A stretch of DNA of 32,000 nucleotides from a bacterium (GTDB lineage Bacteria > UBP7 > UBA6624 > JBBIMK01). The stretch spans positions 1 to 32,000 of the forward strand of contig JBBIMK010000019.1 in NCBI GenBank assembly GCA_037444445.1. Reading direction: 5' to 3'. A model generated the notes under the pieces. The model did no database searches. It had not been told where the DNA came from and saw only the letters and a list, made by a program, of their open reading frames with translations. A program made the translations under genes and the position numbers. Below are positions 9,294 to 17,870 of the stretch, piece by piece. The stretch's first letter is position 1. The number at the start of each line of letters is the position of its first letter.

Positions 9294-9322
9294 ATTGTAT
9301 GAGATAACCGGCAGGCTGTCAA
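9294..9322 (-). promoter_or_regulatory. Sigma-70-type promoter for hpf
   Basis: Minus strand reads TTGACA (9322-9317), a 17-nt spacer, then TACAAT (9299-9294), about 27 nt upstream of the hpf start. Confidence 0.6.
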
Positions 9323-9564
9323 GAAAGGAGGATTAGGAAAACAGGTTTTGCGGGCTTGGAGGAACCCTGTTTCTCACTGACTCGGCGAATTCTACAACCT
9401 GTTCAGGCAAAACCTATCCTCCAATTCTGAGGTTGTTAGGGTAGTGATGTTCGTGTGGAGATTGTCTCTCCGGGGGAAAGAGGCAGGGTGAGAGGGAAAC
9501 CATCGTTTTTAAGCGGGAAACACCTTGAACTGTGGCCGTTCGCATCCCCTTCACCTCCCGTAAC

Positions 9565-9593
9565 TTGCAACCTGTCTGTTGATATGTTATATT
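9565..9593 (+). promoter_or_regulatory. Sigma-70-type promoter for the Big_2/NHL lipoprotein gene
   Basis: TTGCAA (9565-9570), a 17-nt spacer, then TATATT (9588-9593). GGAGGTG RBS at 9611-9617 and ATG at 9623. Confidence 0.55.
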
Positions 9594-9622
9594 ACCATAT
9601 CAGTAAGGATGGAGGTGAGTTT

Positions 9623-11110
9623 ATGAAGAAACGATTTTTGTTTTACGGCGTAGCAGGTGCTTTCTTGGTTCTCTACCTGGTGGGATGCCAGGGGGAAGAT
9701 ACCCGGATTCTGCCGGTGGAGGGTGGGCTGATAAATAACCCGGGGAAGAAACCTCCTGTGGGTGAAGTCAGCGTCGCCGTGAATCCCCCCATTGCGAGCG
9801 TCCTCACGGGCGATACTCTCCAGTTCTCCGCATCAGTATCCGGAACGGAGGACCAGCGGGTGACCTGGAGCGTGGTGGAAGGTCCCTCCTGCGGGTCTAT
9901 CACATCTGGAGGGCTTTACACCGCTCCTTCTACGGCGCCGGAGAGTGGGAAGTGCCACATCAGAGCCACCAGTGTGGCAGACCCCTCCCAATCCGCCACC
10001 GCTGAAATTACCATCACTTCTTCCGTTGTGGGCTGCGTCGCCCCCACCATTCCCGGCTTCTCTGGATATGTGGACATCTTCAGTGGAAATTCAGGCCAGG
10101 TGGATGGTCCCATTGGACCCAACGGAACGGCAGAGATTGATATTCACCACGCCACGGGAATAGTGGACGATGGCAGGAACCACTTCTTTATTCCAGATAG
10201 CAATGGCGGAGTCCGCAAGATTGACCTGAATGTAACTCCCGGGCAAATGACCACGGTGATTAACGCATCTGACTGGTCAAATGGTGGAGGAACTGGCTCG
10301 GTTACCGGTATTGCCCTCCTGCCCAATGGTGACATCCTCGTCTCCGATGGAGGTGTGTCAGTCATCTGGCGAGTAACGCAATCCGGGCAAATGTCCCTCT
10401 TTGCCGGGGAGTATGATACTTCCGGCTATCAGGATGGTCCCGCCACTGGCGGAGGCGAAGGTAATGCTCTCTTCAACCTGGATGAGGCTGGGCTTACCGT
10501 GGGTCCCAACGGTGAGGTCTATGTGGCAGACGATGAGAACTGCGCCATTCGCAAAATCAGCAACGGGCAGGTCTCCACCGTTGCCATTACCCCGAATTCC
10601 CTTAACGCAAACTGTCCCGTTGTAACCCCTTCCCCGGGTGCTATCGTCACAGACCTGTTAGTGAATCCAACAGGCGTGGCGGTGGACTGCAATGGCAACA
10701 TCCTGGTGGCGGCTGCATCAGCGAACCGTGTCTTACGGGTTATCCTTACCGGTCCGAATGCAGGGCAGGTCGTCACTGTGGCTGGCACCGGGGCAGGCGA
10801 TGATTCAACGGATAACACTGACCCGCTTCAGGCAGATTTTTGCTACCCGATTGCCATCTCCGTGGACCGGGATAACAACATTATCGTCAGCGACCACTGT
10901 GGCACCTTCCGTCGGATAGCCGCGGGGCAGAATATTCCAGGCGCCGATGGCACAGCCCCCAATGGCGAGGTCACTTCTCCGCTGGGCTATAATCAGCCCG
11001 GTTCTCCACTGGAGTATATTGCTTTCACGAAGGATGGCAATCCGGTTCTGGTCATAAACGCTCAGCGGATTGCCCTGACCTATGTGGGGTCGCCCCCGCC
11101 GGGGTATTAA
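9623..11110 (+). CDS. Lipoprotein with Ig-like (Big_2) domain and NHL/six-bladed beta-propeller repeats
   Basis: Start set at ATG 9623: 'MKKRFLFYGVAGAFLVLYLVGC' is a lipobox signal with a strong upstream RBS. 'LTGDTLQFSASVSG..VTWSV...GLYTAPS' is Big_2-like. Repeated 'P.G.A.D..GN..V.D..N..IR' units (e.g. 'GPNGEVYVADDENCAIRKI', 'NPTGVAVDCNGNILVAAASANRVLRV', 'PIAISVDRDNNIIVSDH') are NHL-type blades. Confidence 0.7.
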   Translation: MKKRFLFYGVAGAFLVLYLVGCQGEDTRILPVEGGLINNPGKKPPVGEVSVAVNPPIASVLTGDTLQFSASVSGTEDQRVTWSVVEGPSCGSITSGGLYTAPSTAPESGKCHIRATSVADPSQSATAEITITSSVVGCVAPTIPGFSGYVDIFSGNSGQVDGPIGPNGTAEIDIHHATGIVDDGRNHFFIPDSNGGVRKIDLNVTPGQMTTVINASDWSNGGGTGSVTGIALLPNGDILVSDGGVSVIWRVTQSGQMSLFAGEYDTSGYQDGPATGGGEGNALFNLDEAGLTVGPNGEVYVADDENCAIRKISNGQVSTVAITPNSLNANCPVVTPSPGAIVTDLLVNPTGVAVDCNGNILVAAASANRVLRVILTGPNAGQVVTVAGTGAGDDSTDNTDPLQADFCYPIAISVDRDNNIIVSDHCGTFRRIAAGQNIPGADGTAPNGEVTSPLGYNQPGSPLEYIAFTKDGNPVLVINAQRIALTYVGSPPPGY

Positions 11111-11129
11111 AACAAGGAGGAGAGGAGAA

Positions 11130-11855
11130 ATGATAAAAAGGAAAATTATTCTCTGGGTCGGGATACTTCTGATAAGCGGGGTGATGGCGGCCTCACGGGC
11201 TTTCGGGGCGTCCCTCGTTCAGCCGGGCTTCGGCAACGGCTTCATCAACACGCCCATAGCGTGGAACTCTGCCCACGGCTGGGCTATCGGAATCTATGAT
11301 GCCACCGCAGGAGGGCTGTTAGCGGATTCCATTAAACTGGCTGGCTCTTACTCCTACGAAGATTTAGAATTCTCTGCCGGCCTTGTGGACTACGGCGATA
11401 AGAACGATACCTTCCTTCTGGGCATCTCGGGTCGGTATAACTTCCACGCATCGGAGACAGGGTTTTATGCCACTGTCCTGGCGGGCTTACAGAGGAACCG
11501 GAATGATGTGGCGGATAATTCTACCGCTCTGGGCGCTCTGCTTTTTGGGCAGAAGTTCCGGGGTGGCGGCGTTTCCCTCGGCGCCTTCCTCTGGAGCGAT
11601 GCCGGTGTGGATAACGCTGGAAATGAAGTGAACACGGACTTTGAAGCCACCGGCAATATCTACTACGACTTCAGCGATACCTGGAGCATCTTTGGTGAAG
11701 GCTATTCCTTCGCCGATGCAGATAAAGCGGGCTGGGCATTTGGCCTCCTCTACAAATTCCACGACAACATTACGGGCATGCTGGCGGTCTCCGGCGCCAG
11801 CGACCCGGTGGACGACAGCCAGATTCAGTTGGGAGTGAACTTCCGCCTTCAATAA
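11130..11855 (+). CDS. Putative small outer-membrane beta-barrel protein
   Basis: Start set at ATG 11130 after AAGGAGGAGAGGAG. Signal peptide 'ILWVGILLISGVMAASRAFG'. The remainder is Gly/Tyr/aromatic-rich alternating strands ending '...QLGVNFRLQ'. No family recognised. Confidence 0.4.
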   Translation: MIKRKIILWVGILLISGVMAASRAFGASLVQPGFGNGFINTPIAWNSAHGWAIGIYDATAGGLLADSIKLAGSYSYEDLEFSAGLVDYGDKNDTFLLGISGRYNFHASETGFYATVLAGLQRNRNDVADNSTALGALLFGQKFRGGGVSLGAFLWSDAGVDNAGNEVNTDFEATGNIYYDFSDTWSIFGEGYSFADADKAGWAFGLLYKFHDNITGMLAVSGASDPVDDSQIQLGVNFRLQ

Positions 11856-11956
11856 GGCTTCTGGATTGCTCCGCCAATAAATTGGCGTTAAATCTTTGAG
11901 CGGTGATAAATCCCCGCCTGCACAGGGTGCCGCACTCGGAAAGGGGTGAAGTATTT

Positions 11957-13282
11957 TCAGGCGGGTGGCGGGGCTTCCACAGGAGCCATCTCTTCCTCTT
12001 CCGGCGCCTCCACCACCAGTATTCCTTTATCCACGAGAAACTTCTCAATCAACAGGGCGTTTTCCTCACCCACGCCCTCCAGTGCCGAGAGTTCAGAAAT
12101 CGTGAAGCGGAACAAATCGCCCACCACATTCAACCCATTCTTTTTCAGGATTTCCACCACTCCTGCCGGAAGGTCTGTCTTCTCTAACTCCAGCGCTGGC
12201 AGGGCTTTAAATTCGCTTTCTTTGACGATGTCAATATACCAGCCGGTCAGTTTCCCCGCCAGGCGCACATTCTCCCCTTGCTTTCCGATAGCCTGGGAGT
12301 AAGCCTTATCCGGAACCTCCACAATCATCTTCCGCTTTCCGGGTTCCAGGTTGACGATATGCACCGCATTGATGTCCTGGAGCTTGAGGGGGCTGAGAGC
12401 GTTACTGACGAACTTTTTCGGGTCATCATCGTAGTGAATCACATCAATGCGTTCACCGGAGAGCATACGGACGATGGGGAGGATTCTTCTCCCTTCAGCG
12501 CCGATGCAGGCTCCCACCGGGTCCACATTCGGGTCTTTAGAAATCACCGCCACCTTCGCCCGAACACCGGGAGAACGAACGACCTTCTTCACTTCTACCA
12601 GCCCGTGACGCACTTCGGGAATTTCCCGCTCAAATAGCTTCTTCAGCAGGTCGGGATGGGTTCGGGAAACGCGAGCCAGCGGCACGCCCGTGGGAGTCTT
12701 GGTGATTTTCAACAGTAGCACTTCCAGTTCCTTTCCCCGCCGTAGTTTTTCATCACGGATTCGCTCCCGAAATTCCAGAACCGCATCCAGTTTATTCAGG
12801 TCCAGCCACACATCACCCCGTTCATCCATTTTATAAATTTTCCCCGTGACCAATTCATTCTCCTTCACTTTCATTTTTTGAAAGAGGTTTTCCCGCTCCC
12901 GATTGATGATGTTCTGCACGAATTCTTCCCCGGCTGCCTGGAGGGCGATTCGGCTGAAGTCCTTCAGCGAGATTTCTTCCCGATAAAACTCGCCTGCGCC
13001 CGTATAAGGCTCTTTTTTCGTCGCTTCTTCCACCGAGATTTCCAGAACTGGATTCTCCACCTTCGGCACGACGCGTTTCAAAAGATACATCCTGGCAATC
13101 CCTTTCTGCAAATCCAGTTCTACCCGAAGGTTCTCCGGCGGGCTTTCCAGATGCTTGTCCTTCATATAGCCCACCTTCAGTGCGGATTCCAGCGCCGCCT
13201 CCAGTTCTCCCTTTTCCAGCGCCCGCTCCCGGGAAATCGTTTGAACCAATTCCACAATCTCTGCCTGCCGCTCTTCAGCCAT
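11957..13282 (-). CDS. nusA: Transcription termination/antitermination factor NusA
   Basis: S1 block 'LVTGKIYKMDERGDVWLDL'. KH blocks 'RAKVAVISKDPNVDPVGACIGAEGRRILPIVRMLSGERIDVIHY' and 'AIGKQGENVRLAGKLTGWYIDI'. One C-terminal HhH-like repeat. Confidence 0.95.
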   Translation of the reverse strand: MAEERQAEIVELVQTISRERALEKGELEAALESALKVGYMKDKHLESPPENLRVELDLQKGIARMYLLKRVVPKVENPVLEISVEEATKKEPYTGAGEFYREEISLKDFSRIALQAAGEEFVQNIINRERENLFQKMKVKENELVTGKIYKMDERGDVWLDLNKLDAVLEFRERIRDEKLRRGKELEVLLLKITKTPTGVPLARVSRTHPDLLKKLFEREIPEVRHGLVEVKKVVRSPGVRAKVAVISKDPNVDPVGACIGAEGRRILPIVRMLSGERIDVIHYDDDPKKFVSNALSPLKLQDINAVHIVNLEPGKRKMIVEVPDKAYSQAIGKQGENVRLAGKLTGWYIDIVKESEFKALPALELEKTDLPAGVVEILKKNGLNVVGDLFRFTISELSALEGVGEENALLIEKFLVDKGILVVEAPEEEEMAPVEAPPPA

Positions 13283-13490
13283 CTATCTTCCCTGCCTTCA
13301 TTGAAGGATTTTCAGTTCCTGCAAATTCTACTAATCCAATTGTAACACATCATCCTTTCTATGGACCCGGAAAACCCTCCTGTGCTCACCGCTTCTTGTG
13401 GCAAACATTCGCTTATTTGAATTCGCTCAGAATGGAAGATTCTACATTGGTTTTACATTCACCCATTCCGCATTTATTCACTCCTGCACT

Positions 13491-13952
13491 CTAAAATTCT
13501 ATCGCGGGCTCTATCCGAACGGATTGAATCACTTCCTCTGGAATAAAACGCTTTTCTCCCTCGGAAAACAGCAGTAGCACACCCTCCTGATACTCCCGGA
13601 GTTCCCCTTTATATATTTTCTCATTCTTCAAAATGACACGGACTTTATAGCCTTGATACCGGATGAAATGCTCTTTCTTTTTCAAAGCCCGGTCCACCCC
13701 AGGAGAGGAAACTTCCAGATGGTAGTCCCCTCCGAGGAGTTCTTCTATCATAGGTTCATTTCGGATGAGGTTATTCACCTTCACACAATCCTCAATGCCC
13801 GTTTTCCCTTCTCTTTCAATAAACACCCGAACCTGGGGGTTCGTGGAGAGGATACCGGTGATGGAGATGTCCCACAATTCATACCCCCGTGAAGAAAGGA
13901 TTTTTTCAATTCGCCACTCAATTTCCCGTTTTCTTTCCTCAATATGAGACAA
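13491..13952 (-). CDS. rimP: Ribosome maturation factor RimP
   Basis: 153 aa. 'GYELWDI......VRVFIE...G..IEDC..V......' and 'LEVSSPGVDRALKK..HF..Y.G..V.V' are typical of RimP. Located upstream of nusA. Confidence 0.9.
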   Translation of the reverse strand: MSHIEERKREIEWRIEKILSSRGYELWDISITGILSTNPQVRVFIEREGKTGIEDCVKVNNLIRNEPMIEELLGGDYHLEVSSPGVDRALKKKEHFIRYQGYKVRVILKNEKIYKGELREYQEGVLLLFSEGEKRFIPEEVIQSVRIEPAIEF

Positions 13953-13964
13953 TTTCTCTCCTTT

Positions 13965-14624
13965 CTACGGGAGAAATTTGACCGATTGGATTTTTTCCAT
14001 CATCTTCAATTGTTCCACCACGGTTTGGGGCTGAATTGCTTCCGGCAGGTGAATCTCGTAGACCAGTTCAACGGTGTGTGGGGAGATTTTCTCAAATTCC
14101 ATTTCCTCCACCCCGATGCCTAACTGGTCAAAGAGGCGGTGGATGGACCCTGTTACCGCAGGGTCATCGGTGGTCAGGATGCGGAGAATGCGAGGGGGAT
14201 AAAGGCCTCGGTAAGCAGGCTTCTCTATTCTTGGCACGAGGAAAAGAGTGAACCAGACAAGGACAAAGGCAGAGATGGCGAGCAGGTAAATGCCCAGCCC
14301 AATAGCGAGGCCGAGGCCCGCGGAAATCCACAAAGTCGCCGCCGTAGTCAGCCCTTTCACCACACCGCCGTAACTCATAATGGCGCCCGCCCCGAGAAAA
14401 CCAACTCCCACCACAACCTGAGCGGCAATCCGTGTTACATCCGCACCTTCATTCACTTCACCCATCCATAAAGAAGCCAGAGCAAACAGGCAGGCACCGA
14501 GGGATACAAGAGCATGAGTTCGTGTTCCCGCAGGCTTGCCCACCCGCTTCCGCTCATACCCCAGCAACCCCCCCGCGATGACTGAGAAGAGTAGCCTTAA
14601 AATCCCTTCCAGGGCCCCGGGCAT
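13965..14624 (-). CDS. MgtC/SapB family membrane protein
   Basis: 'IAGGLLGYERKRVGKPAGTRTHALVSLGACLF' and 'RIAAQVVVGVGFLGAGAI' are MgtC-family signatures. Soluble C-terminal ACT-like tail. Confidence 0.85.
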   Translation of the reverse strand: MPGALEGILRLLFSVIAGGLLGYERKRVGKPAGTRTHALVSLGACLFALASLWMGEVNEGADVTRIAAQVVVGVGFLGAGAIMSYGGVVKGLTTAATLWISAGLGLAIGLGIYLLAISAFVLVWFTLFLVPRIEKPAYRGLYPPRILRILTTDDPAVTGSIHRLFDQLGIGVEEMEFEKISPHTVELVYEIHLPEAIQPQTVVEQLKMMEKIQSVKFLP

Positions 14625-14625
14625 C

Positions 14626-15261
14626 CTAAGTTTTCCTCCAGAGAGCCTGCAGAATATCCCAGTACATCCGAAAACGCCAGAGAATTCCCCTCCGGGGTCC
14701 TACCTTCTCTTCCTTCAACCGATGGGTCATACCCTCCAGGGCTACCTTTTGAATCCTCAGGTTCCTCTTCTGCGCCCAGCGGGTTAACGCAACCTCCAGT
14801 TGATAACCAGAGTAGAGATGAAAAGGGAACTCTTTCAACCATTCCCGACGAATAGCACGCTGGCCCGATAGTTCCGGGGCGATTCGTTGAGCCATATCCG
14901 TGGACGCCCGTCCCTTATGAAAAATTCCCACCGTCATATCCGCCGTCCCTAAAAATACCGGCTCCACCAGAGCCTCTATATGCCTGGATGTAAGTCCAAT
15001 CAAATCTGCATCCACCAACAGAAGAACATCCCCACCCGCTGCCATTATTCCCTGATATATGGCCCGGGCTTTTCCACGATTTTCCTCCAGGCGAATGAGA
15101 TGCACCCTTCCGTATCTCATCACCACGCGAGAGGTCCCATCCGTAGAGCCATCATCCACCACAATGACTTCATCCACCACGGGGCAGGATGCCACAACAT
15201 CTAACACCCTCCCGATATTTGCCTCTTCATTAAACGCTGGAACAATAGCTGAAACCTTCAT
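14626..15261 (-). CDS. Family 2 glycosyltransferase (short, GT-A fold)
   Basis: 'VSAIVPAFNEEANIGRVLD', 'VIVVDDGSTDGT', 'NRGKARA', 'LLLVDADL' (DXD). Substrate not inferable. Confidence 0.8.
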   Translation of the reverse strand: MKVSAIVPAFNEEANIGRVLDVVASCPVVDEVIVVDDGSTDGTSRVVMRYGRVHLIRLEENRGKARAIYQGIMAAGGDVLLLVDADLIGLTSRHIEALVEPVFLGTADMTVGIFHKGRASTDMAQRIAPELSGQRAIRREWLKEFPFHLYSGYQLEVALTRWAQKRNLRIQKVALEGMTHRLKEEKVGPRRGILWRFRMYWDILQALWRKT

Positions 15262-15277
15262 GCTATTCGCTTCCCAC

Positions 15278-15760
15278 TCACGAGTATACTCTTATGCCTA
15301 TCCCGGTAATAAATTTTTTTAGAGTTTTCAGCCTTTCGCTTTTGCTCCTCTTTATCGCATTGATGAGTTGTTCAAAATTCCGCAGGTTTGCAGGTTGATT
15401 TATCACCTTTTTGATTTTATTTCCTTCATCCGGCAGGGCGAATCTGGATAAATCTATTTCCGCTTCCGATGCAGTTTTCACAATCCAACTTTCTAACATC
15501 GGACACAATACGATTAAGAGATTTTGCCTTTTCCCATCCTTGCATAGTTTTATTTCGTCTTTGCGCGCAATTAGTTGCATCTCTTTCAAATACCAGGGTT
15601 GGACAGATTCCGGGTCCTCATCTACCAATCCCTTTGAATTCGTGCTATTTCTTAAATGCTTGCACACATTTCCTTTACCGCCTGAATGTGTGATATTCTT
15701 TTTTCTCCCCTCAAGAGTTTTCACCAGGATTTTATCAGGCTTGCACTCCACAAATATCAT
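15278..15760 (-). CDS. Small Toprim/DUF4435-like protein, putative nuclease partner of the upstream ATPase
   Basis: Start set at ATG 15760, 4 nt after the ATPase stop; the track's 20-aa extension overlaps the ATPase gene. 'MIFVECKPD' (Glu5), 'GLVDEDPE' (D47-E48-D49) and 'LCPMLESWIV' fit the E...DxD...E-x-W layout of Toprim-type OLD/DUF4435/DUF4276 domains. AT-rich coding sequence. Confidence 0.55.
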   Translation of the reverse strand: MIFVECKPDKILVKTLEGRKKNITHSGGKGNVCKHLRNSTNSKGLVDEDPESVQPWYLKEMQLIARKDEIKLCKDGKRQNLLIVLCPMLESWIVKTASEAEIDLSRFALPDEGNKIKKVINQPANLRNFEQLINAIKRSKSERLKTLKKFITGIGIRVYS

Positions 15761-15764
15761 TCTA

Positions 15765-16751
15765 TCATGCTTTTTCCAAGAAACGCTCCAGGTTGAAAAA
15801 CACGCTGGAGTCCATCTCAAGTATTTCAGCCAACTCCTCTTGAACGAGAGGCCTCACCTTCGTTTGATAATCACCATAGTAAGTAATAAAAATCTTGATT
15901 TCATCTATGGGTGTTTTTTCTAATACCGCAAGTAGAAAATAGGGATTGTGAGTGGAAATAAAATATTGATTGGAATCATCTATGGCGATATTTTCTGCGA
16001 GATACTTCGTGTAATACGGGAAAGCGTGGGCTTCCGGCTCCTCAAAGATGATGATGGAATCCTTGTTCGTTTCCATGGCTACAAAATGAAAAACCACTCG
16101 CAGTAAAGTATCAGAAGCCAGTGAATAAGGATAAGCAATGAAAGTTCCATCACTCTCTTTCAGAACCTCAATTTTATTTTCTGTTTGTCTTAAGTTAATC
16201 CGAAACCCGTATTCGCGGAAGAAATCTGTTACCCGCTTCCTTAATTCTTTATGGGTTATAAGAATCGTCAGGAGATTTTCTCCCCCAGGTGGTAAAAGAT
16301 AATCTGCCTCCTGGCTTTTGAAACTATCCAACACTTGAAAACGATAGAATTTGAAAGGTAAAGGTTTACTGATAGGTTTTGTGGAAAGGATTAGACCGGC
16401 TTCATTACAGGAAATGTGAAAGAGGGGCTTTTGCCTGGCTTTATCTACTAAACTCAGATGGAATTGTCTATCTTTGTAACTGACTTCGCATCCATACTCA
16501 CCAGCACTGATTCTGATGTTAGAGACCAGATTGTTGTCATAAAACAGGTTCGTCATAGATTCAATTCGGATAAAATCCCTCAGATGCTTATACTCTTTAC
16601 CCTGAATATGTGGAAGTGAGAAGATGCCCACACTTTCCAGGATGTTAGATTTTCCTGCATTCGGTTCACCGATGAAAATGTTGACTCTTTTACAATCCAG
16701 TCTTAAATGTTTGATAGACTTAAAGTTCCTGACTTTTAGGGTGTTTATCAT
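15765..16751 (-). CDS. ABC/SMC-like ATPase of the AAA_15/AAA_21 (OLD/AriA-type) class
   Basis: 'LKVRNFKSIKHLRLDCKRVNIFIGEPNAGKSNILESVG' (Walker A), 'SLASDTLLRV' (signature-like), 'SIIIFEEPEAHAFP' (Walker B/D-loop), 'FISTHNPYF' (H-loop). AT-rich. Confidence 0.8.
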   Translation of the reverse strand: MINTLKVRNFKSIKHLRLDCKRVNIFIGEPNAGKSNILESVGIFSLPHIQGKEYKHLRDFIRIESMTNLFYDNNLVSNIRISAGEYGCEVSYKDRQFHLSLVDKARQKPLFHISCNEAGLILSTKPISKPLPFKFYRFQVLDSFKSQEADYLLPPGGENLLTILITHKELRKRVTDFFREYGFRINLRQTENKIEVLKESDGTFIAYPYSLASDTLLRVVFHFVAMETNKDSIIIFEEPEAHAFPYYTKYLAENIAIDDSNQYFISTHNPYFLLAVLEKTPIDEIKIFITYYGDYQTKVRPLVQEELAEILEMDSSVFFNLERFLEKA

Positions 16752-16761
16752 TTCTACACCA

Positions 16762-17868
16762 TTATTGAATGCCTTTCAGGTGGTCGCTTTCGTTCACGAG
16801 GCTTTTCACCCACTCTGTGATGTGGGCTTCCAGTTGAGAATTAGGCACCCGTTCCACCTTTTTGCCTTTGAAATAAAGGGTGGAGGTGTTCACTCCGCCG
16901 GCGATGCCCAGGTCTGCCATGCGGGATTCACCGGGACCATTGACTTCACACCCCATCACAGCGATGCGAACTAACTGCTCGGGCGCCTTGAGTTCCTTCA
17001 AGACCTTTTTCACCTGCTGGGACAGGAATTCTACATCCACCCTGAGCCTACCGCATCCGGGGCAGGCTATCAGGTCAAATCCCTTCTCCCGTAAGCCCAG
17101 GGCTTTCAGGATTTCAAACCCTGCCTGCACTTCTTCCACCGCCGGTCCTGCCAGAGAGACCCGGAGGGTATCTCCGATGCCTTCCTCTAAAAGGACGCCC
17201 AGCCCGATGGCAGATTTAATGATGGCTTCCATCCCGCTTCCCGCCTCTGTGACCCCCAGGTGAAAAGGGTAGGGGCACTGGCTTGCCATCATCCTGTAAG
17301 CCGCAATGGTTTCCATCACCCGGGAAGATTTCATAGAAATGACAATCTGGTCAAACCCTTCTTCTTCAAAATCCCGGATGTAGAACAACACGGTTTCCAC
17401 CATTGCCTTCGGAATCTGGTCGGCATACCGGATATAAAATTCCGGAGGAAGGGAACCCGCATTCACCCCGATGCGGATGGAAGCCCCTTTCTGCTTCGCT
17501 TCCCGAACAATCTGGCGGAGGATGGGACCGCTTTTCGTATTCCCGGGGTTCAGGCGGAGTTTATCTGCCCCCGCTTCCAGGGCCTTCAGGGCGATGCGGG
17601 GGTTAAAATGAATGTCCGCCACCAGGGGCACCTGAACTTCCTTTTTGAGAAGTTTCAAAAGGGAGGCATCCTCTTCTGTTGGAATAGCCACACGAAGAAT
17701 CTCTACCCCGGCCTGCTCTACCTGATGTGCTTCCTTCAGCATCTTTTCTGTATCTCGCAGGGAGTGCTTGAGCATGCTCTGGACGGCAATGGGATGATTC
17801 CCTCCCAGCATCACCCTGCCCACTTTTACCGGGATGGTTTTCCGCCGGTTCTTCACTTCACTTGTCAT
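16762..17868 (-). CDS. ispG: 4-hydroxy-3-methylbut-2-en-1-yl diphosphate synthase
   Basis: Start set at ATG 17868 ('MTSEVKNRRKTIPVKVGRVMLGGNHPIAVQSM'); the track's 80-aa extension overlaps rseP. 'PLVADIHF', 'LRLNPGN', 'IRIGVNAGSL', 'ACPGCGR', 'VMGCEVNGPGE' are canonical GcpE/IspG blocks. Confidence 0.95.
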   Translation of the reverse strand: MTSEVKNRRKTIPVKVGRVMLGGNHPIAVQSMLKHSLRDTEKMLKEAHQVEQAGVEILRVAIPTEEDASLLKLLKKEVQVPLVADIHFNPRIALKALEAGADKLRLNPGNTKSGPILRQIVREAKQKGASIRIGVNAGSLPPEFYIRYADQIPKAMVETVLFYIRDFEEEGFDQIVISMKSSRVMETIAAYRMMASQCPYPFHLGVTEAGSGMEAIIKSAIGLGVLLEEGIGDTLRVSLAGPAVEEVQAGFEILKALGLREKGFDLIACPGCGRLRVDVEFLSQQVKKVLKELKAPEQLVRIAVMGCEVNGPGESRMADLGIAGGVNTSTLYFKGKKVERVPNSQLEAHITEWVKSLVNESDHLKGIQ

Positions 17869-17870
17869 CC

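Noticed and set aside
9455-9622. 56-aa upstream extension of the NHL lipoprotein ORF
   Set aside because: It has no RBS and would bury the lipobox signal peptide internally. The promoter at 9565-9593 and the GGAGGTG RBS point to ATG 9623.
11872-11887. Hairpin 'cgccaa-taaa-ttggcg' after the OM-barrel gene, considered as an intrinsic terminator
   Set aside because: The stem is only 6 bp and is followed by 'ttaaatcttt' rather than a clean U-tract. It is too weak to call.
15761-15820. 20-aa upstream extension of the Toprim-like ORF
   Set aside because: It overlaps the ATPase 3' end. ATG 15760 gives a 4-nt intergenic spacing and starts exactly at the conserved 'IFVEC' strand.
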